Below are positions 44,916-53,022 of a DNA stretch of 64,000 nucleotides, in pieces. This stretch comes from a virus. Taxonomy: Duplodnaviria > Caudoviricetes. The position numbers and the translations under genes are program-made. Under the pieces are notes generated by a model. It saw nothing but the letters and a program-made list of their open reading frames with translations. It did not search any database and was not told the DNA's origin. How positions within the stretch are numbered: position 1 is the first letter of the stretch; the number at the start of each line of letters is the position of its first letter. Location of the stretch: positions 192,001-256,000 of IMG/VR virus record IMGVR_UViG_3300029288_000056. One strand, given 5' to 3'.

Positions 44916-45632
44916 TTAGATCAATCTCTCCACTCGGTTGTACAAAACGTGAAACCGATTATCCGTGCTAAAGTGGTGTTCTATGTGGAAGTGCCCCGCA
45001 TACCACCCCGAAAAATTCAGCTTTTGGTATACCTCATCAAGAAAGTTACTTACAGGATCGTAAGCCTTCAACTCAAAGTTAGCGGGGGTTACGTTTTCCT
45101 TCTTAAAATATTCACGAACCGAATTAGGAATCGTATGTGTTAAAACAAAATCAACCGTGGGGTTTTCCTCTATCTTGGTCAGGACGTAGTTTTCTTCTTC
45201 CTTTGACAGAAGTTCTCCACTCCACCAAGAAAGGTGTTCACGCCTAAAGACCTTATCAACTGAGAGCGCACCACCGATAGTCAGTATCTTTTTACCGCAA
45301 ATGTTGTAGATCTGTCCGCGCTTCAAATGTACGATGTTACGGCTGTATCTTCCGACCAACCCCCCGCACCATCCCTCTTCGGGAAGTGCCTCAATGCGCT
45401 CATGGTTTTCGTGATTGCCGTCAATGAAGGCGACTTCATAAGGTCTATCATCGTACCAAGCGCGCCAATGTTTTTCTTCATCATTGTTCGGATCTCCGTG
45501 CCACAAAAGGCCAAAGTCTCCAAGCACGATTAGAAGATCGCCCTGCTTTCCTTCGTCCCACTTTAAGACCTTGCCGATGTCGTGACTAAAGTGAGTGTCA
45601 CCGGTCACGAATATGCGTTTAATTTCGTTCAT
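44916..45632 (-). CDS. Calcineurin-like metallophosphoesterase
   Basis: IFVTGDTH, IVLGDFG, FIDGNHEN, VLTHT, WYAGHFH; start ATG 45632 (ATGA coupling). Confidence 0.92.
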   Translation of the reverse strand: MNEIKRIFVTGDTHFSHDIGKVLKWDEGKQGDLLIVLGDFGLLWHGDPNNDEEKHWRAWYDDRPYEVAFIDGNHENHERIEALPEEGWCGGLVGRYSRNIVHLKRGQIYNICGKKILTIGGALSVDKVFRREHLSWWSGELLSKEEENYVLTKIEENPTVDFVLTHTIPNSVREYFKKENVTPANFELKAYDPVSNFLDEVYQKLNFSGWYAGHFHIEHHFSTDNRFHVLYNRVERLI

Positions 45633-46339
45633 AGCATCCTTTGTTTTGTCACGAAGTATTCCCTCATACAGTTCCCACAATAACGACAGCTCTTCTGAAG
45701 TTTTCCGCCACAAGAGTAAACCAATAGGTTAGCCAGAAATCTGTCTTCGATCAACCTCTGACCCATCTGATTAAGAACCCAGTATTCGTTTAGGGTGCGT
45801 GTTTTCCATTCGTAGTATGACTGAAAATAAGGACGGTCCAATTGATGTGAATACGCCATGTACGTCAGAACCACCGGGACGCCTCTAGTGGTGTAGTACT
45901 CAACCGCCGGCGTTACCACAGTATCAAGGTTCCACACGCTTACCCTCACTCTAACAAACATGAGGTTGTACGGGGCCGGGCTCACCCTATGAAAGGATTT
46001 CTCCGTCATGTCACCCGGGTTTACCGTTAAGACTACGGGCCCACTGAACTCCTCGATCTTTTCGGGTACAGCAGTGTTGAAGAAATAGTTCTCAAAAGTC
46101 CGCGCCACAGATTCAACGAGTTCCCTCTCATTCGAGCTATCGTTCCCATCATTGATCCTAACGATTCTATTTTCCGTCAATTCCAACGGGGGAATGTTGG
46201 GCAGGTTTTCCTTGAGCGGTTCTAGATAACTGCGGCCTGAAGCGTAAAAACAATCGTCGCAGTGATTCGGGCAAGTGCTAGTCTGTGGAATACAACAAAT
46301 TATCCCACTGTTCTTAGTCTTGGGGTTCTCGATGTACAT
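45629..46339 (-). CDS. Short radical-SAM-like protein
   Basis: CPNHCDDCFY (CxxxCxxC), VRINDGNDS, C-terminal CRYCGNC. Confidence 0.65.
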   Translation of the reverse strand: MYIENPKTKNSGIICCIPQTSTCPNHCDDCFYASGRSYLEPLKENLPNIPPLELTENRIVRINDGNDSSNERELVESVARTFENYFFNTAVPEKIEEFSGPVVLTVNPGDMTEKSFHRVSPAPYNLMFVRVRVSVWNLDTVVTPAVEYYTTRGVPVVLTYMAYSHQLDRPYFQSYYEWKTRTLNEYWVLNQMGQRLIEDRFLANLLVYSCGGKLQKSCRYCGNCMREYFVTKQRML

Positions 46340-46941
46340 TATCCCTCGTATTTCATGTATTTAATGATTATCTTCTGTTGTGCTGGATCAACATGATATT
46401 CCTTCTCATAGCACTCGGGACAGATTGGTGTATCTTTAATCACTTCCCACTCTTTCTTGATCAATCTGTGGCACTCTTCACACTCGAAAAACTCTTCGCC
46501 ACAATGTGGACATTGCATGGTTCCTCCTTTAACAAGCGTACAGGTATAGATGCCAGCCCCGTTCTTTGATTTTATCGTTATCCGGGCCAAGAAAAGCTAT
46601 AGCTCTGTTTAATAAATTAATCTGTTCCTCAGTGGGTTGTGTTATTCCAACTAATTTGCACTCTGGAAAATCGTATTGATCGAAACCGACTGCCGTGGAT
46701 ATTATCCCGACAACTGACCCTAAATACTCTCCCGTAGCCCAATCGGTTCCATAATCATAGACCGCGACGCCAAACTCGTCCTTCAGCCGTTTTTCTAATT
46801 CGTTAGAGATCTTTAGATACTCTTTGTAATCATCGCTAGTCTTTTTCTGATCAACCAGCCATCCCAAATTCCAATCTTCTACGCGATATCCATAAGCCAA
46901 TCCACAATTAAACTGAACAGACATGTTATCTCCTTTTTAGG

Positions 46942-46970
46942 ACTATATCATAAGTCGTTAGAAAAGTCAA
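46942..46970 (-). promoter_or_regulatory. Sigma70-type phage promoter (copy 12)
   Basis: TTGACT-17-(TGA)TATAGT, immediately after Y-RNA-like copy 1 and its T tract. Confidence 0.8.
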
Positions 46971-46980
46971 GCAAAAAAAA

Positions 46981-47065
46981 TAGAGAACAGGTTGAGGTGA
47001 GATATTGGGTTTCCCGGATTTTTGGTGGAAAATTTTATCAATGTAATCCCACAAGCATTTCTCTA
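46981..47065 (-). ncRNA. Y-RNA-like stem-loop 1 (minimal), ends in a T8 tract
   Basis: Terminal stem TAGAGAA/TTCTCTA; core AATGCTTGTGGGATTACATT ... ATCTCAC..CCTGT shared with three other copies around the TROVE gene. Confidence 0.75.
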
Positions 47066-47338
47066 ATTTAAATCAAGTAAAGCTGGATTTGTATATCTAA
47101 ACTTCAGTCTACTGACCACGGACTCCACTTCACTAATGGCGCCAGAGTTTTCAGCGTTATAACCCTTACCATAAAGCTCCGCCAAAATCCTCTCCACACA
47201 ATCGATGGCTTTCTTAAGCGGTTTCCAACCCCAGTTCTCGTAAACTCCCGTCATTGCGGAATTTGCTACTCCGCGCGCTATGATCATCCACTCGTCGTAA
47301 GTGAACTCCATAGACCATTTTTCATTGAATGTTCTCAT
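47063..47338 (-). CDS. Hypothetical protein inside the Ro60/Y-RNA array
   Basis: 91 aa; TAG stop overlaps the 5' end of Y-RNA-like copy 1. Confidence 0.6.
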   Translation of the reverse strand: MRTFNEKWSMEFTYDEWMIIARGVANSAMTGVYENWGWKPLKKAIDCVERILAELYGKGYNAENSGAISEVESVVSRLKFRYTNPALLDLN

Positions 47339-47825
47339 TCTTTTTCGCCACCTCGGGATTTTTTGCCGCTAAGTCCACAAATCTTAATAGACTCATGATT
47401 TCATTCTCCATTACCTTACGATCATCTTCGGTTGCTTCTTGTCTCTTTTTAAATAGATTAAATATAACCTGTGCCTGCATCTCTGTACATTTACCAGCCT
47501 TCATACACGTATTTATTTTGTCTATTAAAAGCTGCCCCACTTCGTGTTGATCCGCAAAGTCATATCTCAATCTATCATAGTGAGTGTGAATCTTCGGCTC
47601 AAAGTCTGTGGTGCGGTCAAATTTCATATTTCTGATCGTTTTTTGCTCAAAGCTTTCCTTATTTTCTTCCGCTAGTGTATCTGCGACTTTGCGTACAAAG
47701 CTTCCCAAATCGTCTATCGCACTGATAACTTCTTTTGATATTTCGTCGCCACTTTCGATCAGTCTGTCGACACTATACTTAATCTTATCCTTAAGTTTTG
47801 CAAGTTCTTCAATAAATTCCATCAT
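47322..47825 (-). CDS. Hypothetical helical protein inside the Ro60/Y-RNA array
   Basis: GGAGGTG RBS, ATG at 47825/47822; charged and predicted helical. Confidence 0.7.
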   Translation of the reverse strand: MMEFIEELAKLKDKIKYSVDRLIESGDEISKEVISAIDDLGSFVRKVADTLAEENKESFEQKTIRNMKFDRTTDFEPKIHTHYDRLRYDFADQHEVGQLLIDKINTCMKAGKCTEMQAQVIFNLFKKRQEATEDDRKVMENEIMSLLRFVDLAAKNPEVAKKNENIQ

Positions 47826-47844
47826 ATTCACCTCCGAAATAAAA

Positions 47845-47967
47845 TACCAGAACAGAATCGGCGAGATTTGCACCTCATTTCTGAGGTTGCCGGTTATTAG
47901 TCGGCCGCTTTTGCAGGGTATTCCCCTGCTGCAATTGTAATGTAATCCCTAACCAGCATTTCTGGTA
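47845..47967 (-). ncRNA. Y-RNA-like stem-loop 2 with a three-hairpin junction
   Basis: Terminal stem TACCAGAA/TTCTGGTA; core AATGCT..GGGATTACATT ... ATCTC..CTGT; TTGCA/TGCAA closing hairpins GCAGGG/CCCTGC, GCCG/CGGC and ACCTCA-GAAA-TGAGGT. Confidence 0.78.
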
Positions 47968-47972
47968 AAACT

Positions 47973-48107
47973 TTTCGGGACAGAGTTAGTGAGTCGTATT
48001 TACGCGCTCCACCAGTTGAGCTATCTCGGCATAATGAGCCGAGAGTGGGATTCGAACCCACAACCACGTGCTCCATAGGCAATGTATACCCACAAGCATT
48101 CCCGAAA
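47973..48107 (-). ncRNA. yrlA: YrlA-like Y RNA with a circularly permuted tRNA-like domain
   Basis: Terminal stem TTTCGGGA/TCCCGAAA. Inside: T-arm GTGGG-TTCGAAT-CCCAC, acceptor stem TCTCGGC-TCATTAT-GCCGAGA closed by a loop, then D-arm GCTC-AACTGGTG-GAGC. Adjacent to the TROVE gene. Confidence 0.88.
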
Positions 48108-48113
48108 TATGGA

Positions 48114-48166
48114 ACGGACAATTGGTGACTAATCCGGTTGCGGTAAGATATAGCCACCAATGCCGT
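48114..48166 (-). other. Structured hairpin between the TROVE stop codon and the YrlA-like RNA
   Basis: ACGG-CA-TTGGTGGCTA ... TAGTCACCAA-TTGT-CCGT. Confidence 0.55.
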
Positions 48167-48169
48167 GTA

Positions 48170-49732
48170 TTACAAATCTATACTCTCTATAACCTCAACG
48201 AACTGATCCACATCGTTTCCGTATTTCATGAACATACTTATCACGTTATATACGGAATCGCTGAACCCGCCCACGTTGAGAATTTCTTTACTGTTATGCG
48301 CTTGAGTGGACGTATTTGGCGCCAAGTCTATACAAACTAACTTTGCACCCGGATTGTGTTGCTTAAACTTCTTCCACTCATCCATCGTTGAAGTTCCTCG
48401 GTAGCTGTCCTGACTATCCACCCATGATTCGTTGTCAGATAGATAGATGCAAAGATCGCCCTTCTTGCCGTTTTGATTCAAAAAGGCCAATGCTGTGGAG
48501 CAACTTGTGCCTCCACCGCTACTACCTCCGATTTCTCTTGCGTTTGTAGCAATAGAATCTAGAGGGTTGATCCCACTCATAAGTTGTGCTCTGGTCGCAA
48601 ACTGTATAACTTCTGCAGTTGGATTCTTGCGCAAAATAGAAGCCGCAAACAGACCCGCCACGTTACAACAACTGACTTTAGAAGTAGCACTTCCTCTTTG
48701 GCCGGTCACGGGAGAACTCATAGACCCAGAGACATCAACGAACAGCCAAACCTTTCCCTCAATCTCAGGTATATTCTCCGCCGAATAGTCAAGAGCCTTT
48801 TGTAGCGCTATGGTTATCTCGCGTGGCATTTCGCTTTGCGCGAACATGTAAGCCGTAAACAGTTGATAAGGAAATGTTCTGGACTTTTTCACAAGTTCAG
48901 CATCCATCAACTGACTAACAACGTATTGCACCATTTCTTTGTCTTCAAAGACTTTGTGACGTAGAAGCGTATTGAGATTGATTCTCAATTGGTTCCAAGT
49001 CATAGTCTTTGCGAGCGCCTTCCAATGTGCATCGGTAAGGCTCAGGGACGTTAGCATCTCAAATGGAACTTCTGGAAACGCGACAGACTCCCCGTTAGTA
49101 AGAGCTTTCTTAAACAACTCGTACGCTTTTAGGTCGTCTGGTAGTAAAACGTCGTTAAACTCGCGGCCCAACACGTAGTTGATCGTATTCTCGCGTTCTT
49201 TGTTTACGGGTTTTGGGTGAACCATCTTTATAATATCAGACATTGATGGATCACTTCCTGTGACGAAAGCCACGTAAGAATCGGTCCAACTGTTGATCAA
49301 GCCGGCAAGTTGTTTCTTGAGTGAAGTACCAAAGGATTGGCGACCGAATTTATTCGAACGAATTGCTTGTACGAAGTTTCGTATCATCTTTCCGTTGGTT
49401 ACGACCTTTGGAAACGCCTTTTTAAATTGAGCCAAAGCCTCTGGAGTCTTGCAACCCGCTAGATAAGCCAATAGCGCAACCGGCATGTCCTTCATCAAAC
49501 CACGAGTCGCAGAATAGACCGCGGTCTTGGCGATAAAGGTAGGATCAACTTGAGGTAGATACTTGTAGAGATGGGCGAGTTGGTCTCCCCCACTTGCGTA
49601 GTAGGTGCCGTTAAAGCAGCCGGTTACAGCTAACTGCGCGATGGCGTGCTTTGCACTCATTGAATACGCAATTCCACCTGCGTCATTTACTGCGTCTGCA
49701 GGTTTGACACCGTTAAACACGTTCTTGTTCAT
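48170..49732 (-). CDS. rsr: Ro60/Rsr-like TROVE-domain ribonucleoprotein with a vWA domain
   Basis: NDAGGIAY, TGCFNGTYY, GRQSFG, MVHPKP, LRINLNTLLRH, FPYQLFTAY; vWA MIDAS VDVSGSM; GGGT; LSDNESW; VGGFSD. Confidence 0.93.
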   Translation of the reverse strand: MNKNVFNGVKPADAVNDAGGIAYSMSAKHAIAQLAVTGCFNGTYYASGGDQLAHLYKYLPQVDPTFIAKTAVYSATRGLMKDMPVALLAYLAGCKTPEALAQFKKAFPKVVTNGKMIRNFVQAIRSNKFGRQSFGTSLKKQLAGLINSWTDSYVAFVTGSDPSMSDIIKMVHPKPVNKERENTINYVLGREFNDVLLPDDLKAYELFKKALTNGESVAFPEVPFEMLTSLSLTDAHWKALAKTMTWNQLRINLNTLLRHKVFEDKEMVQYVVSQLMDAELVKKSRTFPYQLFTAYMFAQSEMPREITIALQKALDYSAENIPEIEGKVWLFVDVSGSMSSPVTGQRGSATSKVSCCNVAGLFAASILRKNPTAEVIQFATRAQLMSGINPLDSIATNAREIGGSSGGGTSCSTALAFLNQNGKKGDLCIYLSDNESWVDSQDSYRGTSTMDEWKKFKQHNPGAKLVCIDLAPNTSTQAHNSKEILNVGGFSDSVYNVISMFMKYGNDVDQFVEVIESIDL

Positions 49733-49771
49733 TTTTATTCTCCTTTTTAGGAAACAGTTATGAAAAGATTA

Positions 49772-49846
49772 AGATGGGACAGGGGTTTGCTGAGATACGG
49801 TTTTAATTTACAGTTTAAATGTAATCCCAAGCGAGCATTCCCATCT
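49772..49846 (-). ncRNA. Y-RNA-like stem-loop 4 (minimal), in the leader of rsr
   Basis: Terminal stem AGATGGGA/TCCCATCT; core AATGCTCGCTTGGGATTACATT ... ATCTCAGC..CCTGT. Confidence 0.75.
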
Positions 49847-49889
49847 ACAACACTAACACGGATTATGCAAAATAATCCCCTATTATTTT

Positions 49890-49960
49890 CAGGAGTTAAA
49901 GGATTTGAACCCTTACCGGATGTTTTGGAGACATCCATGCTACCATTACACCAAACTCCT
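49890..49960 (-). tRNA. tRNA-Trp(CCA)
   Basis: AGGAGTT/AACTCCT+G; GATGT-CTCCAAA-ACATC; T-loop TTCAAAT; no CCA tail. Confidence 0.92.
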
Positions 49961-49965
49961 ATGTA

Positions 49966-50874
49966 TTACAGATCTTCTCTATCTCTGAAGCCCAAAAAGA
50001 TAGGCTCACGTGGAAGGTCCTTTGTACCGATTTTCTGATACTTGTATTTAATCATTTTTCCAACGTATCGATCTTGGTTATCCCATATCTCTTGTCGCAA
50101 CTCATGTGTTAATCCCTGCCCGGTTCCAATGTCAAACTGTATTCCCTCAAAGTCGCCTATACCGACGACTAGAAACTTTCCTAGTGTGTTTGCTGGAACC
50201 TTACCTTCCTTAGAGAATGAACGTTTAGTTCTACCAAACGCATCTTTCTCGGCCTCGTTCAGGTTGTGCATCATCTCTTCAAAACCAACAATTCTTCCCT
50301 CTGCATCCTCAAATGGCTTTATCTTCAGGAGAATTCTTTCCCTCAAAGATGAGCGGCCAAACTTATATTCCCCATCTATTTTACGGATCATAGTTCCCTC
50401 GTATCCAGACTCCAGATGTAAGACTATGATTTCATTGAGGGCTTTTTCATTCATTATTAGAGTTTCCTCCACGATTTCCAGTTTAGTATGTCCGTTTTTT
50501 TCTACAAAAGCAGAATACCAATCTGTGATGTCCTTTATTCTACTTATAAATGGCTTTGCCGGCTCGTCTTTCACATAATCAAAGATAGAATAAACAAAAT
50601 CCGGTTCGCCATCCATGGACGAAATCGCGGAAGAGCAATCTTGAAATGTCTTGCCCGCGGTAAGCTCACCGTCTAAACCGTCCGGCAGTTCTAACCCCTC
50701 CAGATAGTTTCTGATGTATGCGTTTCTAATCGGTTTGAAGGATCTACTTAAGGCTTTTCCTTGAACCATCAAGCAACGGTGTCCATCAATCTTTGGGGAT
50801 GCATAAACGGGATACTGTACATCCCTCATGTCGTGGATCGTCTCAGCTAAAAGTGGCTTTGTTATTTTTCCCAT
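49966..50874 (-). CDS. lig: Minimal ATP-dependent DNA ligase
   Basis: PLLA, motif I PKIDGHRC, LDGEL, FD, EGTMIR, YKFGRS, LLKIK, LREPIFLGFR; start ATG 50874. Confidence 0.93.
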   Translation of the reverse strand: MGKITKPLLAETIHDMRDVQYPVYASPKIDGHRCLMVQGKALSRSFKPIRNAYIRNYLEGLELPDGLDGELTAGKTFQDCSSAISSMDGEPDFVYSIFDYVKDEPAKPFISRIKDITDWYSAFVEKNGHTKLEIVEETLIMNEKALNEIIVLHLESGYEGTMIRKIDGEYKFGRSSLRERILLKIKPFEDAEGRIVGFEEMMHNLNEAEKDAFGRTKRSFSKEGKVPANTLGKFLVVGIGDFEGIQFDIGTGQGLTHELRQEIWDNQDRYVGKMIKYKYQKIGTKDLPREPIFLGFRDREDL

Positions 50875-50880
50875 GTTTGA

Positions 50881-50909
50881 ATTATAATACAATTTAAGAG
50901 AAAAGTCAA
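50881..50909 (-). promoter_or_regulatory. Sigma70-type phage promoter (copy 13), leaderless for the DNA ligase
   Basis: TTGACT-17-TATAAT-6 nt-ATG. Confidence 0.85.
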
Positions 50910-50924
50910 GCACTTTCTTACAAT

Positions 50925-50955
50925 AAAAAACCGCCTCTTTTCGCAAGAAGCGGTT
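50925..50955 (-). terminator. Rho-independent terminator
   Basis: AACCGCTTCTT-GCGAA-AAGAGGCGGTT followed by a T tract. Confidence 0.8.
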
Positions 50956-51143
50956 GAACTAACATTGAATACCTTAACCGTTTAACTTGCTGTTTATCCT
51001 TTGGTCTATTCCCTTATCACATTCAGAGGTTATAATCTCTAAATCCTCGCCAAATTCTAGCAATGCCTTTTCTACCTTACTTTTGGTAGTAGGGTCTGAT
51101 TGCCAGTTCTCTGGAACGTATAATTTTATTTTCATAGTTTCTC

Positions 51144-52549
51144 CTATACTAACATGTCTTCTTCCGCATCATCGAAAACGAAGATAAGATTTTTTGCCCT
51201 ATCCTCAAACCACCACTCGTCTGGTTTTGGTTCGTACAAAACCCAAATATCCGCGAATATGTTTGAGCACTGCAGGTATTTAATTGACTGTATGTTTGGT
51301 ACGCCAATCATCATAATACCAATCTCGTCACGTGCCCACTTGTTTACTAAAATTTGTAACGATTCAATAACCTCGTTACTCAGTTCTTCCTCTTTATTAA
51401 GAAGAACCAAAACTCCACTTAAAGTATCAATGTTAAAAGTCATCGCTGGTGTTATACGTCTTGATACGTTCGTGCTATCGTCAAATTTCCCTATAATAAA
51501 ATCACTACACCCAAACTCGCTTATAAACCCCTTAACTTGATTTAACAACTTTAAGCGCCACAAAGTTGTTTCATCCACTATACCCTCTTTTTTCTGAGCT
51601 TACTCTGTTGCTGGTTGTTCAGTTGCGGTCGGTGCTGGTGCCGTTCCACCCTTCAGGTAGTTATTTAATCCAACGGTTATCACCGGAACTTCCTGATTAA
51701 TATACTGACTGAAATCCGCCAGAGGTTTAACATAATTTTGTTGAACACTCATAAATTGGTTATTCAGGTTGTTAATAATTTGTGCTTGCTGATTAACGTC
51801 CGTCGAACTCTTGAGTTGCATTAACAGATCGTTTATGTTTTTAATGGTCGTTGCGGATACCGCGCCAAAAGGACCAATTGACTTCTGGAACTGTGTCAGA
51901 AAGTTTTGAATATCTTGAAGAGTTTTCTGAACTTGTGGATCCACGGTTGCTGCGTTTAAAAATTCATTAAGTTTTCCCATTTTATCTCCCTTTGTAGCGA
52001 GTGTATCACACACTCTAAATTCGTTAATTAGTTTTATTTTATCAGCAACAAGACTAGCGCGATCATGCTTAAAATAGGAATACCAAAAGCGATCATCTTG
52101 AGGTATTTGAATAACGGCTTCTTAACCGCGGTAACGATAACCTCAAACAATCTGTCGTCCTCGTTAAAATAGAAGGCCGCCTTCTTGTGGACACAGTCTA
52201 CAAAGTCGTTGTGGTGGTACTCAAGAACTACTCCGCTATCATCAATGTCTTCAACCGTCGGCTTTCCGAGAGTCCTATATATATCGCCGCTTCCACAAGG
52301 AATAAGCAGTTGAAGTTCGGGGACGTAGGTCTCAGTACCGTCCTCAACATTGACGATTAGGAAAGATACCTCGTCTTTTTCGTTAATTATAAGAAACAGG
52401 TTATTGTTTGCCTCGTACTGCCTCAGGCCCTTAAAGTCGCCACCGGCTATATCCTTTAGATGCTCTTTAATCTGCGGTAAAAACTTTAAACTGTTTCCTA
52501 TACTAAAACCCCAAAAAGAAGTTGGGACCTTTAGTTTCACAATAAACAC
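51144..52549 (-). CDS. Three hypothetical proteins (51144-51578; 51600-51980 Q/N-rich helical; 52034-52549 with C-terminal TM anchor)
   Basis: ORFs with RBS; composition bias; C-terminal hydrophobic helix. Confidence 0.6.
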
Positions 52550-53019
52550 CTCATCTTGTTTTTAAAATCATACTCAAATTTTTTAGATTCTTCCACCGCT
52601 ATCTTTGGTAACTGTAGTATCAAGTCCATTAAGCGAGTGGACTTCTCGACTGAGGTCTTAACGATATAGTCCTTAACCTTCGTTAACCCGATACTTCTTT
52701 CGTCATAGACCTGCAGTTCGCATTTCGTGCCGACGATGTGAAAGCCGAAGCTTTTGTTTTCGGCGTAAATCTTTTGTAGCACACTCATTGCGGCCTGCTC
52801 ACGGGTAGTGTTGATATTGTTCCCGAGGATACTATCAATACTCACACGATAAAGCTCTGACAACTTAATAAGGTCCGCGGTCGTAGGTAGTAGAGTCCCG
52901 GCTTCATAGGGATGCAAATCAACACCGATACTCTCGCGTACTTGCTCCACAGATAGACCTGCTTTTTCACGGAGAGCAACTAATCCCTCCGCTATTTCCT
53001 TTAAATTATATTCTTTCAT
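52537..53019 (-). CDS. XRE-family HTH regulator
   Basis: IAEGLVALREKAGLS..QV...YEAG..LP...LIKLSELYRVSIDSILG. Confidence 0.8.
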   Translation of the reverse strand: MKEYNLKEIAEGLVALREKAGLSVEQVRESIGVDLHPYEAGTLLPTTADLIKLSELYRVSIDSILGNNINTTREQAAMSVLQKIYAENKSFGFHIVGTKCELQVYDERSIGLTKVKDYIVKTSVEKSTRLMDLILQLPKIAVEESKKFEYDFKNKMRCLL

Positions 53020-53022
53020 ATT

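Noticed and set aside
47990-48075. Genuine permuted or split tRNA gene
   Set aside because: There is no anticodon loop, it is enclosed by the Y-type terminal stem, and it lies next to rsr, so YrlA is the better explanation.
47897-48160. ORFs 47897-48160 and 49747-49938 (minus strand)
   Set aside because: They overlap the structured Y-like RNAs or tRNA-Trp and have no protein features.
46981-49846. Repeated AATGTAATCCC..AGCATT motif read as a CRISPR array
   Set aside because: Copies are degenerate, irregularly spaced and embedded in separate stem-loops around TROVE; there are no constant-length spacers and no cas genes.
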